Below, one piece after another: positions 43,566 through 53,499 of a stretch of 64,000 nt of DNA; within the stretch, counting starts at the first letter, position 1; the number at the start of each line of letters is the position of its first letter. A model generated the notes under the pieces. It was not told where the DNA came from and searched no databases. It saw only the letters and a list, made by a program, of their open reading frames with translations. This stretch comes from a virus (lineage: Duplodnaviria; Caudoviricetes): the IMG/VR virus record IMGVR_UViG_3300005611_000001; one strand, given 5' to 3'. The position numbers and the translations under genes were made by a program.

Positions 43566-44705
43566 GTGAAAACTTTTAAAGACCTTTCTGAAAAATTGAA
43601 AAAAGACAAGGACGATCCCTGCTGGAAGGGATATGTTCAGGTGGGCATGAAAAAGAAAGATGGCAAAGAAGTGCCTAACTGTGTGCCCAAAGAAGGCGTA
43701 GAAGAAGAAAAAGATACGCACAAGACGAAAGATGGGCGTACTGCTAAGAAAGGTCTTTGGTACAACATCAATCAAAAGAAGAAGCGCGGCGAAGCCCCTG
43801 CTAAGAAGGGTGATCCTGATTATCCCAAAACATTAAACATCGAATCTATTGAAGAAAAGGCTGTGTCGAAAGCACAGCAGCGTTTCATGGGTATGGTGCG
43901 CGCTAAGCAGAAGGGTGAAATGGACGACGCGTCTCCTGAAGTTGCTAAGGCTGCTGCATCTATGAGCAAGAAAGATGTAAAAGACTTTGCGAAGACTAAG
44001 CACAAAGGTCTGCCTGCTAAGAAAGAATCTGTAGAAGAAGCATTTTCTCCAAAAGAAGTTAAAATGGCTGTTGGTATTGCTTCTGATCCTCGCTACAAAA
44101 AAGGAAACTATACTGGTGCTGTTGAGAAAATTGAAAAGATTAAAAAAGGTCTTTCTAATCATTCTCAAGTGGCAGCAGTTCTCAAGCGCCAAAACGAAAA
44201 TGTTAATGAAGCAAAAGTATCTGTTGGTGATCGCGTTACTCTTAAGCCTAACAAGAGTGTTCTTGATCGTTCTCTCATCGGTAAAGCAGGCGTAATCACA
44301 AACATGCTTGACGGTGAAGCAATGGTTAAGTTTGCAAATGGTCGAACAATTGCAGTTTCACCAAGCCATCTAACAGTCAATGAAGAATCTATGAACTTCT
44401 TTCAATTCCGTGAAGCACTCAAAGAAGCGAAGGGTTCTAACTATCAAATTTATCACAAGACTTACAGCGCTGCTGTTCAACATGCTGTCAATCATGTCTT
44501 TGATAAGATGGGTTACGAAGTCGACTCGCAAGACTTTTTCAATAAGGTCTCAAGCGGACCTCGTAAACCATCACCGGGTAAGACCAACTCTTTCAGCATT
44601 GACCTGTTCGATAAAAGAACTGCAAAGCCTGTTCGTCAAAAACTTCACATGCAAGTTTATGGCATGGACAGTGGTAAATACGAACTGAACATGTATGTGG
44701 CATAA
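43566..44705 (+). CDS. Modular putative internal head protein
   Basis: MKTFKDLSE; modules separated by VEEE/IEE/VEEA/VNEA/LKEA; DPCWKGY motif. Confidence 0.6.
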   Translation: MKTFKDLSEKLKKDKDDPCWKGYVQVGMKKKDGKEVPNCVPKEGVEEEKDTHKTKDGRTAKKGLWYNINQKKKRGEAPAKKGDPDYPKTLNIESIEEKAVSKAQQRFMGMVRAKQKGEMDDASPEVAKAAASMSKKDVKDFAKTKHKGLPAKKESVEEAFSPKEVKMAVGIASDPRYKKGNYTGAVEKIEKIKKGLSNHSQVAAVLKRQNENVNEAKVSVGDRVTLKPNKSVLDRSLIGKAGVITNMLDGEAMVKFANGRTIAVSPSHLTVNEESMNFFQFREALKEAKGSNYQIYHKTYSAAVQHAVNHVFDKMGYEVDSQDFFNKVSSGPRKPSPGKTNSFSIDLFDKRTAKPVRQKLHMQVYGMDSGKYELNMYVA

Positions 44706-44980
44706 TGAAAACATTTAAATCTATTAGAGAACAGCGCGATAACGAAATGGAAAAGGCTGAGATGGCTGAGCAGCAACTCCATTTCATTTGCTATGCCGTA
44801 GACGAAATTCTTGAGTATGTTCAAGAAGGCGGTGAAATCGAAGAGTGGTATCAGAACAAACTGAGTAAAGTACACAGCGATGTAGAAGGGCTTTACTCTT
44901 ATGTGCAAGGCGAAAAGCATCGTATGAAAAATGACGATGAAGACGATGACGACGATATGGTGCCTGGAATGTATCGATGA
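44705..44980 (+). CDS. Small acidic late protein
   Basis: MKTFKSIRE; EEWYQNKL. Confidence 0.6.
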   Translation: MKTFKSIREQRDNEMEKAEMAEQQLHFICYAVDEILEYVQEGGEIEEWYQNKLSKVHSDVEGLYSYVQGEKHRMKNDDEDDDDDMVPGMYR

Positions 44981-45324
44981 AAAAATTTAGCGACCACAGA
45001 GCAGACGAAATCGATTGCGCTTGCGAATCAATGTATGAAGAATTGGTTTTCGAAGCAGCAGAGTATCAGGGTAAGAAAGTTACGCTGAACAATCCGTTTC
45101 GTACACCTGGTGGTCCTAAAAAGTTTTCTGTCTATGTCAAGAACGACAAGGGCAATGTAGTAAAAGTAAACTTCGGCGATCCTAATATGGAAATTAAGCG
45201 CGACGATCCCGGTAGAAGAAAGAATTTTAGAGCTAGGCACAACTGCGACAATCCTGGCCCTAAATGGAAAGCAAGGTATTGGTCTTGCTATCAATGGCGA
45301 AGCGGCGCCAAAGTAGACAACTAA
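44977..45324 (+). CDS. Conserved basic late protein
   Basis: KKFSVYVKN, VNFGDP, NFRARHNC, ARYWSC. Confidence 0.65.
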   Translation: MKKFSDHRADEIDCACESMYEELVFEAAEYQGKKVTLNNPFRTPGGPKKFSVYVKNDKGNVVKVNFGDPNMEIKRDDPGRRKNFRARHNCDNPGPKWKARYWSCYQWRSGAKVDN

Positions 45325-45345
45325 ATCGGATGGAGCGATTGACGC

Positions 45346-45636
45346 ATGGCAACACGAGAAACACAGTCGGCGCGACTAGATCGCATCGAAGGCAAAATCG
45401 ACAAAATGACGGACGCAATCATTCAACTTGCAAAGGTTGAAGAGAAGATTGCTGATCTAGAAGAGCGTCGAGAAGAGCAGCACGAGAGACTAAATAGATT
45501 ATCAGGTAAAATCGATAACATCGAAAACAGTGTGACTTCTCTTGTCGAAAAAGTTGCTGTCAATCAAAAGATTAGTTGGCTTGTGATCGGTGTATGTGTC
45601 GCCGCCCTTGCTGCCCAGTTTGGCATTTCAGTTTAA
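45346..45636 (+). CDS. Coiled-coil protein with C-terminal TM helix
   Basis: Heptads then ISWLVIGVCVAALAAQF. Confidence 0.65.
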   Translation: MATRETQSARLDRIEGKIDKMTDAIIQLAKVEEKIADLEERREEQHERLNRLSGKIDNIENSVTSLVEKVAVNQKISWLVIGVCVAALAAQFGISV

Positions 45637-45648
45637 ACGGAGAAAACA

Positions 45649-47391
45649 ATGAACTCTGAATACATCAAAAAAATTCAATCGCTTTGGCTAGAAGTGGTTG
45701 AAGGCAAAAAGAAGCTTGATCCTGTCGATTCGAAGGCTCTCAAGAAAGATTATGATGATCGTAAAGACAAAGACCTCGACAATGATGGCGACACGGATTC
45801 TTCTGACGAGTATCTTCACAATCGTCGTAAGACCATTGCCAAGGCGATGAAGAAAGAAGATACTGATCTTGAAGAAGCCACTGGCAAAGACATTGCTGCT
45901 AAGATGATGCGCAGCAAAACAATGAAGCCTTTTGCATCTAAAGTCGCTAAGATGGCTAAAGTTTCTGCTGGTGACCTTGAGAAAATGCTTCCTGATTATG
46001 TTTCGGGCGGTGAGATTCGCAAACTGTTTGAAGAGTCTGTAAACGAAGAAGTCTGGAAAGAAATTGAGACTTATGCTAAGAAGCATGGCGGCATTGACAA
46101 AAACGATATGATGAAAGTCGCAATGATGCTCAAGAAGGGTGACCGTAAAGGCGCTGTCAAGTATGCTCGTGGTCTAGACACTGATCCTCGCGATTGGCTT
46201 CTAGACAAAATGGACGAAGCTGTTGAACTTGATGAAGTCTCTGCCAAACTCGCTCGTAAGGCTGCTGCGTCAAGCGCAGCAAAAAGTTTTGAATACGGCA
46301 GTTCTGCGTATGGCCCTGGTTCTGACAAAGAGACTGATCGCCTAGACAAGAAGGCTGATAAAGCCCGCGCTCACGTTCAGAAGCGTCAAGGTGATAAAGG
46401 TGTCAAGAAAGTCGATAGAATGACTGGTAAACTGATCTATGGTAGAAACGAATCTGTAAACCTTGACGACCTGATTGATAACTTGAGCGAAGAACAACTT
46501 GACGAAATCTCTGCAAAGCTCGCTCGTAAAGCGGCTGCTGCTAGTCAAGCAAAAAGTTTTGAATACGGCAGTTCTGCATACGGTCCCGGCGCTGACAAAG
46601 AGACGGATCGTCTAGACAAGAAGGCTGACAAGGCTAGAGCGCATGTCCAGAAGCGTCAGGGCGACAAAGGCGTTAAAAAGGTCGACAGAATGACTGGTAA
46701 ACTGATCTATGGTAGAAACGAAGCAGTTGATATCTCCACCAAATCTGTAGATAAAGCACTGTCTCATGACTGCGCTAAGCATGTTGCTTCTGAGCAATGG
46801 GGCTTTGGTGAGTGCATCCCTGGTCAGCACACTCTAGTCGAGCAATCCGACGGTACTGCAATCGTGACTCACTACGATGTGATGTTTGAGCATGGTGTTG
46901 AGTTTGATGTGCCTGTCGAGGATCTGACCATTCTTGTGTCTGAGTCTCACAAGCACACTGCTAAGAAGATGAAAGAAGGCGATATGTCGAAAGACAAGGC
47001 TAGTCACGATACTGGCGGTTTTAGAATCTCTAATCAAGATGCTCAAGCAGCAAAGAAGCGCCTTGCTGATCGTCTGAAGCAGCGTCGTATGAAGAAAGAA
47101 GGCGTTGAAGAAGGCAAGACTTACGGTGAGCGTACTAAAGGTGCTGCTAAGGCAGAGACCATGAAAGATAAGTTCAAGGGCAAAGCAGCACTAGACATGG
47201 CGAAAGATGCGAACATGGACAACCCTGAACTTGCGGCTGATGATGCAAAGGGGCATGAAGATGCAACCAAAGCAGGTCGTGCAGTGAAAGGTCAAGCACC
47301 TATGCGCCCTGGTGAAACTCGCGTCGGCGATAAGAACATCGTAAACCCCGTTAAGGGTGCAGTAACCCGCACTACAGGTAAGGAGGGATAA
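45649..47391 (+). CDS. Large modular putative internal head protein with tandem duplication
   Basis: DxDNDGDxD motif, LEEA/LDEV/LDEI boundaries, two 75-aa repeats. Confidence 0.65.
   Translation: MNSEYIKKIQSLWLEVVEGKKKLDPVDSKALKKDYDDRKDKDLDNDGDTDSSDEYLHNRRKTIAKAMKKEDTDLEEATGKDIAAKMMRSKTMKPFASKVAKMAKVSAGDLEKMLPDYVSGGEIRKLFEESVNEEVWKEIETYAKKHGGIDKNDMMKVAMMLKKGDRKGAVKYARGLDTDPRDWLLDKMDEAVELDEVSAKLARKAAASSAAKSFEYGSSAYGPGSDKETDRLDKKADKARAHVQKRQGDKGVKKVDRMTGKLIYGRNESVNLDDLIDNLSEEQLDEISAKLARKAAAASQAKSFEYGSSAYGPGADKETDRLDKKADKARAHVQKRQGDKGVKKVDRMTGKLIYGRNEAVDISTKSVDKALSHDCAKHVASEQWGFGECIPGQHTLVEQSDGTAIVTHYDVMFEHGVEFDVPVEDLTILVSESHKHTAKKMKEGDMSKDKASHDTGGFRISNQDAQAAKKRLADRLKQRRMKKEGVEEGKTYGERTKGAAKAETMKDKFKGKAALDMAKDANMDNPELAADDAKGHEDATKAGRAVKGQAPMRPGETRVGDKNIVNPVKGAVTRTTGKEG
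46228..46722 (+). repeat. Two 225-nt direct repeats, period 270 nt
   Basis: 46228-46452 and 46498-46722 encode near-identical LDE(V/I)SAKLARKA...GKLIYGRNE. Confidence 0.9.
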
Positions 47392-47643
47392 ATGAAAGAG
47401 ATTCGTACGCCTCACTGGGCTCCAGCAGGGACATACCCAACCGAAAGAGGTTGGGTCACCCCTTGGGGCGAAGTGATTAAAAAGCAGAAGTTTACTGCTG
47501 AACAGATTGCTCACTGGCACGGCAACACTGCTCTGCCTAAGCAAACACTCCATGAAGCACCGGTCATTGAAACAGTAATTGAAAAAGAAGTTGAACACTT
47601 TCACTATGGAGACGATGAAGACCTAGAACCTGAAGAGGTCTAA
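47392..47643 (+). CDS. Hypothetical protein
   Basis: SD GGAGG; tiled ORF. Confidence 0.6.
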   Translation: MKEIRTPHWAPAGTYPTERGWVTPWGEVIKKQKFTAEQIAHWHGNTALPKQTLHEAPVIETVIEKEVEHFHYGDDEDLEPEEV

Positions 47644-47645
47644 TC

Positions 47646-47975
47646 ATGGCAGAAGAAGAAAAAAAAGAGAAGGGCTATCATCCCGCAGACACAAACGGTG
47701 ATGGTCATGTGTCTGAAGAAGAACACCGCATGTATATGGAGTTTAAGCGAAAAGAACTGGAGGATGCTGATGCGATGCGCGATGCGCAAAGAAATATGAC
47801 ATGGTTTGCGTTGTTTGGTTTGTTACTATATCCTTTTGCTGTTGTACTTGCAGACTGGATTGGGCTTGACAAAGCCTCTGAAATTCTAGGAGACATGGCT
47901 GCTACATACTTTGTTTCTGTTGCTGCTATTGTTGCTGCATTCTTTGGTGGGCAAGCGTACTCTGCTAAAAAGTAA
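47646..47975 (+). CDS. EF-hand + two-TM membrane protein (holin-like topology)
   Basis: DTNGDGHVSEEE loop; two hydrophobic helices. Confidence 0.6.
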   Translation: MAEEEKKEKGYHPADTNGDGHVSEEEHRMYMEFKRKELEDADAMRDAQRNMTWFALFGLLLYPFAVVLADWIGLDKASEILGDMAATYFVSVAAIVAAFFGGQAYSAKK

Positions 47976-47991
47976 AGTAGTTTGACCTAAG

Positions 47992-48021
47992 AAACCCGTC
48001 GAGCAATCGGCGGGTTTTTTT
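47992..48021 (+). terminator. Intrinsic terminator
   Basis: AAACCCGTCGA-GCAA-TCGGCGGGTTT + T run. Confidence 0.85.
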
Positions 48022-48028
48022 ATAAATA
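48021..48028 (+). promoter_or_regulatory. T4-type late promoter
   Basis: TATAAATA directly after terminator. Confidence 0.75.
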
Positions 48029-48056
48029 CAGAAAATATCTATTTGTTATAGGGACC

Positions 48057-48431
48057 ATGATGCTTTTATTTGATGAACTTAATGAAGATACTTTTCTTCT
48101 GTATGCAGCGCGAAGTTATTATAATCCCACTTGTATTGATGCAGAAGAATTCTACGAAGATGTTAATCGCTTCAAGTATCTCAAACGGCTTGTCAAACGA
48201 TACGAAGACGGCGGGAAGCTTTCTGTTAATCTCATACTAAATCATCTGGTTGTAATCTTTAATGTTTTTGGTATTGACACGGGATTGAGGATGTTAGAAT
48301 ATAAAGTATTTACTGAAGAAAATCTACCAATTCTCAAGCCCTTTCTCATATATTTGAACGTAATACCAAACGATAAATATACAGGCACAGCAATGGACGA
48401 AACTGTTGTTGAAGAACTGAGGAACATATAG
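48057..48431 (+). CDS. Conserved T4-like hypothetical protein
   Basis: YYNPTC..EEFYED..RFKYLKRL, LILNHL..FNVFG. Confidence 0.7.
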   Translation: MMLLFDELNEDTFLLYAARSYYNPTCIDAEEFYEDVNRFKYLKRLVKRYEDGGKLSVNLILNHLVVIFNVFGIDTGLRMLEYKVFTEENLPILKPFLIYLNVIPNDKYTGTAMDETVVEELRNI

Positions 48432-49012
48432 TGTCATTAGCATCAAGAGCAGGCGATCTTTATTATTCTTTTCGTTTTGTAAAACTTCTCACAACACCGT
48501 GGGAAGAAACTGACGCATACAAGCTTGGTATTATCGATGAAAATGGCAAGCGTGTCAAAGCTGTTAAGCTTGATAATGACGAAAAGAAATCCGCATACAC
48601 AACTTTCATTCGTTTAGTCTTCAACATCAAAAGACTGCTAGAGAAAGTTCCTGGTGGTAAAAGCACTCTAGCGTCTTATGCAGCAGCGCTGTTTCTTCTC
48701 AAAGAGAAATATTCTTTGAGTGATGCAACCGTTCACAAAATTTTAAAGCAATCAAACATCGATCCTCTTGATTTTCTTGAAGAAGGTTGTTACTGGTACG
48801 TTCTGGAGAGCAAGCAGTTGTCGCCTGGCATTTATCGTCTACGCGAAGAGCGTATTACAAATCTAGAAGAAATGACTTTATCAAAAGATCAGATTCGCGT
48901 CGAAGATGGCGCATATCCTGTTGGTTCAATTCTCGGTTTAGATATATATCAAGTGACTCATTTAAATACGAATCAACCAATGTATGTCACAGTGGGAGAG
49001 CTTTACAAGTGA
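48431..49012 (+). CDS. Conserved T4-like hypothetical protein
   Basis: RFVKLLTTPWEETDAYKLGIIDENG, SYAAALFLLKE. Confidence 0.7.
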   Translation: MSLASRAGDLYYSFRFVKLLTTPWEETDAYKLGIIDENGKRVKAVKLDNDEKKSAYTTFIRLVFNIKRLLEKVPGGKSTLASYAAALFLLKEKYSLSDATVHKILKQSNIDPLDFLEEGCYWYVLESKQLSPGIYRLREERITNLEEMTLSKDQIRVEDGAYPVGSILGLDIYQVTHLNTNQPMYVTVGELYK

Positions 49013-49182
49013 AATCGTTCAAGCAATTTGTTGAAGAGCCTACAATGACTACAGGTCCTGGCATTGCTGGTACTTCGAAAAACGATCCCGCAGACTGGAT
49101 GTACGGCAAGAAGAAGAAGCGTCGACCCCTCACCAGACGCTATATTGAAATCAACGGCAAGTTCAAAAAGCAGCAAAAATGA
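49009..49182 (+). CDS. Small basic protein with capsid-targeting-like N-terminus
   Basis: GTG 49009, MKSFKQFVEE. Confidence 0.6.
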   Translation: MKSFKQFVEEPTMTTGPGIAGTSKNDPADWMYGKKKKRRPLTRRYIEINGKFKKQQK

Positions 49183-49469
49183 TTCGTTTGCTGCCCGTTC
49201 TGCTATTGTCAGGATGTGCAGTTGCATGGTCGCCTGATATGATTCGCGACGAACAGCCCGACGAAACTTTTCTATATACATTAAGCATTACGGGAACATA
49301 TCCCAAGAAACAATTTATGAATGCGCAAGAAAGAGCAGCGTATACACAACTGCCTCCGCATGCGCAAGATAATATGATGAAGTATTATAAACAAAGAGAG
49401 AAAGACAGAGAGCGGTCGTCTGAATTACTTAATTGCTGGTTAAAAATACCACCGAATTTGGAGTGTTAA
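49179..49469 (+). CDS. Putative lipoprotein
   Basis: MIRLLPVLLLSG|C. Confidence 0.55.
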   Translation: MIRLLPVLLLSGCAVAWSPDMIRDEQPDETFLYTLSITGTYPKKQFMNAQERAAYTQLPPHAQDNMMKYYKQREKDRERSSELLNCWLKIPPNLEC

Positions 49470-49472
49470 ATT

Positions 49473-49919
49473 ATGTTTGCGTTTATTAAGATGTTGCCTT
49501 TGATTCTTTTGCTTGGTGGAGGCGCATATGCCTATCATACAACCAAAGTGAGTGAGTTGTCAAGTGTCATTTCACAAAAAGAAGCAGCAATCACCATTCT
49601 AGAAACAAATCAAGAAAAGTTGCTTGAAGCAGAAGCGAAGAATCGCAAAGCTCTTGAGACGATGCAGGCTGATCTAGAGAAGCAGCGTCAAGCATTCACT
49701 AATCTTTCTACCCAACATGCTCAACTTGCAAAAGAGCGTGATGAGTACATGTCTGTCTTTCGTAAACACGATCTGACTAAGCTTGCTAGACTCAAGCCAG
49801 GTCTAATCGAACCCCGTATTAATAAAGGCACTGAAGCAGTATTTCGACAAGTAGAACAAGATAGCCGTGAAGTAGACCAAGCTGATGATGAAGTGGAGGT
49901 TGCAAATGAAGAAGGTTAG
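49473..49919 (+). CDS. Inner-membrane spanin (Rz-like)
   Basis: N-terminal TM + long coiled coil; precedes overlapping lipoprotein gene. Confidence 0.7.
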   Translation: MFAFIKMLPLILLLGGGAYAYHTTKVSELSSVISQKEAAITILETNQEKLLEAEAKNRKALETMQADLEKQRQAFTNLSTQHAQLAKERDEYMSVFRKHDLTKLARLKPGLIEPRINKGTEAVFRQVEQDSREVDQADDEVEVANEEG

Positions 49920-50367
49920 TGTTATACTGCTCGCGTTGATTTTGTCTGGATGTTCTACATTCGGGCTGCCTAAGTTCGGTTTTGGTAAAAAGCCTGAACC
50001 CGAGCCTCTCCCCCCTAAGATTGTGACAGTGACTGAGACTGTGCCTCTGCGCATCTATCAGCCACCGCTACCTCAAGAAATCGCTCTTGAGAATGTGAAG
50101 TTCTTTGTGATTACTAAAGACAACTTAGAAGAACAAACTGCAAAGATTGAGAAAATTCTGGGTGGTGACTTGGTAGTGTTCGCTCTGACACCTCAGAGCT
50201 ATGAGAACATGGCGTTTAATCTGCAAGAGATTCGTCGCTATGTTCGCCAGCAGAAAGAGATTATTCTATACTACCGCGAAGCAACAACTGGTGATGAAGG
50301 CACTGACGCTGATGACTGGCTTGAAAAGAACAAAGAAGTAGTAGAAGAACAGCAAAAGCCTAATTGA
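49906..50367 (+). CDS. Outer-membrane spanin lipoprotein (Rz1-like)
   Basis: MKKVSVILLALILSG|C; Pro-rich N-part; overlaps i-spanin. Confidence 0.7.
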   Translation: MKKVSVILLALILSGCSTFGLPKFGFGKKPEPEPLPPKIVTVTETVPLRIYQPPLPQEIALENVKFFVITKDNLEEQTAKIEKILGGDLVVFALTPQSYENMAFNLQEIRRYVRQQKEIILYYREATTGDEGTDADDWLEKNKEVVEEQQKPN

Positions 50368-50392
50368 TCTTACACTAGATATAGTGTATCAT
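50364..50392 (+). promoter_or_regulatory. Sigma70-like promoter for nrdA
   Basis: TTGATC-17-TATCAT with TG extension. Confidence 0.45.
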
Positions 50393-50468
50393 AAATGATT
50401 CATAACACTATAAAATGATCCATATGTGGATCATTAGTACCCTTTACGCTTAAAAAAGAGAGAAACGA

Positions 50469-52451
50469 ATGTCAGTCACAATCGATTTATCGCGGGACGA
50501 ATTGCTAGAAGATTACGCGGTAGGAATGCTTAAAGATTTTTATCTGAACGAATATGAAAACTCACCACAAGAAGCATATGCTCGCGCTGCAAAGGCATGG
50601 GCAACATACAAAGACGAAATGGATGTGCAACTGGCTAAAAGACTTTACGAGTATGTTTCGAAAAAGTGGTTCATGTTCGCATCGCCTGTTTTGTCGAATG
50701 CACCCAACGGGCACGGCAAGGGCAAGGGAATGCCTATCTCGTGTTTTCTCACTTATGTGCCTGATACACTTGAAGGATTAATTGATCACTCTAGTGAACT
50801 GCGATGGCTTTCCGTGCTTGGTGGCGGCGTAGGCGGTCACTGGAGCGATGTTCGTACTGTATCTGACATTGCGCCTGGTCCAATTCCGTTTCTGCACACT
50901 GTAGACGCTGACATGATTGCGTATCGTCAAGGCAAGACTCGCAAGGGTTCTTATGCTGCGTACATGGATGTCTCTCATCCTGATATCGTAGAGTTTCTGA
51001 ATATGCGTATTCCTACAGGCGATGTGCAACGCAAAGCGTTGAATTTGCACAACGCCATCAACATCACTAATGAGTTTATGCAAGCAGTTGTTAGCAACAG
51101 CGATTTTGATTTAAGAGATCCAAAAGACGATGCAATCAAAGAAACGATCAATGCTCGTAAACTGTGGGAGCGTATTCTTGAGATTCGTTTTCGTACTGGC
51201 GAACCTTATCTAAACTTTATCGATACCGCAAACGATGCGCTACCTCAAAATCTCAAAGACCTTGGGCTTAAGATTCACGGTTCGAATCTTTGCAATGAGA
51301 TTCACTTGCCAACTTCGGCTGACAGAACTGCTGTGTGCTGCTTGTCTTCTCTCAATCTAGAGTATTATGATGAATGGAAAGATACGAATATTGTGCGTGA
51401 TCTTATTCGCATGCTTGACAATGTCCTGCAGTACTTTATCGACAACGCACCTGATTCTATCTCAAGGGCTAAGTACTCGGCTGAACGAGAAAGATCCATT
51501 GGCTTGGGCGCTATGGGATTCCACTCTCTCTTACAGAAACATGGAGTCGCATGGGAAAGTGAAACTGCGAAAGAGATCAATACGGTTGTCTTTGAGCGTA
51601 TCTCCAGCCAAGCAAACGAAGAGACTAGACTTCTCGCGCAAGAGCGAGGCGAATATCCTGACGGAGTGGGCACCGGTCGACGCAACGCACATTTGCTCGC
51701 TATCGCCCCAAATGCGTCCAGTGGTGTTATCTTGTCCACCTCGCCATCCATTGAGCCTATCAAAGCATGCGCATACACACACCGTACTCGCGCCGGTTCA
51801 TTCTTGGTGAAGAATAAGTATCTTGATAAACTGCTGACCGAGAAGGGCGAGAATAACGAATCAAACTGGACTTCAATCATCACCAACAAGGGTTCTGTTC
51901 AGCACCTGCCATTTTTGACTGAAGGTGAGAAAGCCATCTTCAAGACCGCACAAGAACTTGATCAAACCTGGGTTGTGCAACATGCTGCGGATCGTCAAAA
52001 GTATATCTGCCAAGGGCAATCTGTGAATCTATTCTTTCCCGCTGGTGCACCAAAATCGTATGTAAATAAAGTTCATATCAAGGCATGGAAAGAAGGGCTC
52101 AAGGGTCTGTATTATCTGCGCACCGAAGCCAAGTCTCGCGCAGAAAATGTGTCTGAGAAAGTCGAGCGCGTAGCACTGCAAGACGACAAAAGAAATATTG
52201 TCTATAGCAAAAAGAACTGCCCGTTCTGTGCAATGGCGATGGAAGAACTGAAGTTGCGTGGTATTCCATTCGACAAAATTGATCTAGAAGAAATTGGCAA
52301 GACCGCAGCAGAAGTGACTGGAAGAAAAGTGAGTACTGTTCCTCAAATTTATATTGGGGGTAATTATATTGGTGGTTATGAAGACCTTATGGCGTTTCTA
52401 AATAACGCACCTGTCGAAGAATCTGATGAATGCAAGGCTTGTGAGGGCTAA
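50469..52451 (+). CDS. nrdA: Ribonucleotide reductase class I alpha subunit with fused glutaredoxin domain
   Basis: ISC, SNLCNEI, AIAPNAS, LYYLR; CPFC...VPQIYI Grx domain; terminal CKACEG. Confidence 0.95.
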   Translation: MSVTIDLSRDELLEDYAVGMLKDFYLNEYENSPQEAYARAAKAWATYKDEMDVQLAKRLYEYVSKKWFMFASPVLSNAPNGHGKGKGMPISCFLTYVPDTLEGLIDHSSELRWLSVLGGGVGGHWSDVRTVSDIAPGPIPFLHTVDADMIAYRQGKTRKGSYAAYMDVSHPDIVEFLNMRIPTGDVQRKALNLHNAINITNEFMQAVVSNSDFDLRDPKDDAIKETINARKLWERILEIRFRTGEPYLNFIDTANDALPQNLKDLGLKIHGSNLCNEIHLPTSADRTAVCCLSSLNLEYYDEWKDTNIVRDLIRMLDNVLQYFIDNAPDSISRAKYSAERERSIGLGAMGFHSLLQKHGVAWESETAKEINTVVFERISSQANEETRLLAQERGEYPDGVGTGRRNAHLLAIAPNASSGVILSTSPSIEPIKACAYTHRTRAGSFLVKNKYLDKLLTEKGENNESNWTSIITNKGSVQHLPFLTEGEKAIFKTAQELDQTWVVQHAADRQKYICQGQSVNLFFPAGAPKSYVNKVHIKAWKEGLKGLYYLRTEAKSRAENVSEKVERVALQDDKRNIVYSKKNCPFCAMAMEELKLRGIPFDKIDLEEIGKTAAEVTGRKVSTVPQIYIGGNYIGGYEDLMAFLNNAPVEESDECKACEG

Positions 52452-52454
52452 ACT

Positions 52455-52946
52455 ATGAAATACTATATTATTGAACCAAAATTCAAGAAGTCGCTTGTCG
52501 AAGGCGAATGGTACGAGCGCGAAGACGGTGCTAGGATTCTAGTACAAACTCTTTGGAGAGGCGGGTCGTTTAAACTGTCCGTGCCTGAAACTGAGAGTGA
52601 AATGAAAGAACTTCTTGGCGACTCATACGACGAGGATGATGTCGAGTACTATACTTGGCTTCCTGAAGAAGACGATGATTATATCGAACTAGATGATTAT
52701 CAGTTTGAAATGCTTTCGACTTGGGATGGCTGCTCAGAAGACTACGAAATTTTTAAAGTTGAAGATGAAGACGAAGTTGAAGCAATCACCGAAGCACTTG
52801 ATGAGAATGGTATCAGTGGGCTGTGGGACGGTGAAGGCGCGCTTGAAGGATTTGATGCAGACTATTGTTATTACGAAATTCAAGGTGGATGTGTTCTTAC
52901 AGAGTGTGACGAAGATGGAGAGCCTTTAGAAAATGAAGATCAGTAA
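52455..52946 (+). CDS. Highly acidic hypothetical protein
   Basis: Asp/Glu-rich ORF. Confidence 0.65.
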   Translation: MKYYIIEPKFKKSLVEGEWYEREDGARILVQTLWRGGSFKLSVPETESEMKELLGDSYDEDDVEYYTWLPEEDDDYIELDDYQFEMLSTWDGCSEDYEIFKVEDEDEVEAITEALDENGISGLWDGEGALEGFDADYCYYEIQGGCVLTECDEDGEPLENEDQ

Positions 52947-53499
52947 GATTGATACTTATGAAGGCATAAGAACAAAACAATCAACTCATATATTTCAAAC
53001 TTTTCCTGTTCTTCTTGGGCAAGGCGGATTTTATAGAGTTATAGAGATTGGAACGTATGCGGGCGGTCTGTCACTGTTTATTAGCAAGATTGCTCCAAAC
53101 GTAGAATATCTTGGATATGAAATTGATCCAAACGTTATTCATCCAAATGCGTCCCATCTAAATATCAGAACTGTCAATTTCGCAGAAGAAAAAGAGTTCA
53201 TTCGCGAGTATATTTCTCGTGAAGGAAGATGCCTTGTTCTTTGCGATGGTGGTAATAAATTGTATGAATTTGCGACGCTTGCGCCGTTGATAAAACTCAA
53301 TGATGTTATCATGACACATGACTATCTTGATGATACAAAACACGATGTCTCTGTATATCAATCAGTCGAAAGGTTTCGAAAGCCAGAAACCACTAAAACG
53401 ATGCTGTTACCAATCGCAAAAGAAAACAATTTAACTGATGAATGCAATATAGATTTCACACACTCTCTATGGAGTCATTGGACTAAAAAGGAAGATTAA
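52933..53499 (+). CDS. Putative SAM-dependent methyltransferase
   Basis: VIEIGTYAGGLS, LCDGG, MTHDY. Confidence 0.6.
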   Translation: MKISKIDTYEGIRTKQSTHIFQTFPVLLGQGGFYRVIEIGTYAGGLSLFISKIAPNVEYLGYEIDPNVIHPNASHLNIRTVNFAEEKEFIREYISREGRCLVLCDGGNKLYEFATLAPLIKLNDVIMTHDYLDDTKHDVSVYQSVERFRKPETTKTMLLPIAKENNLTDECNIDFTHSLWSHWTKKED

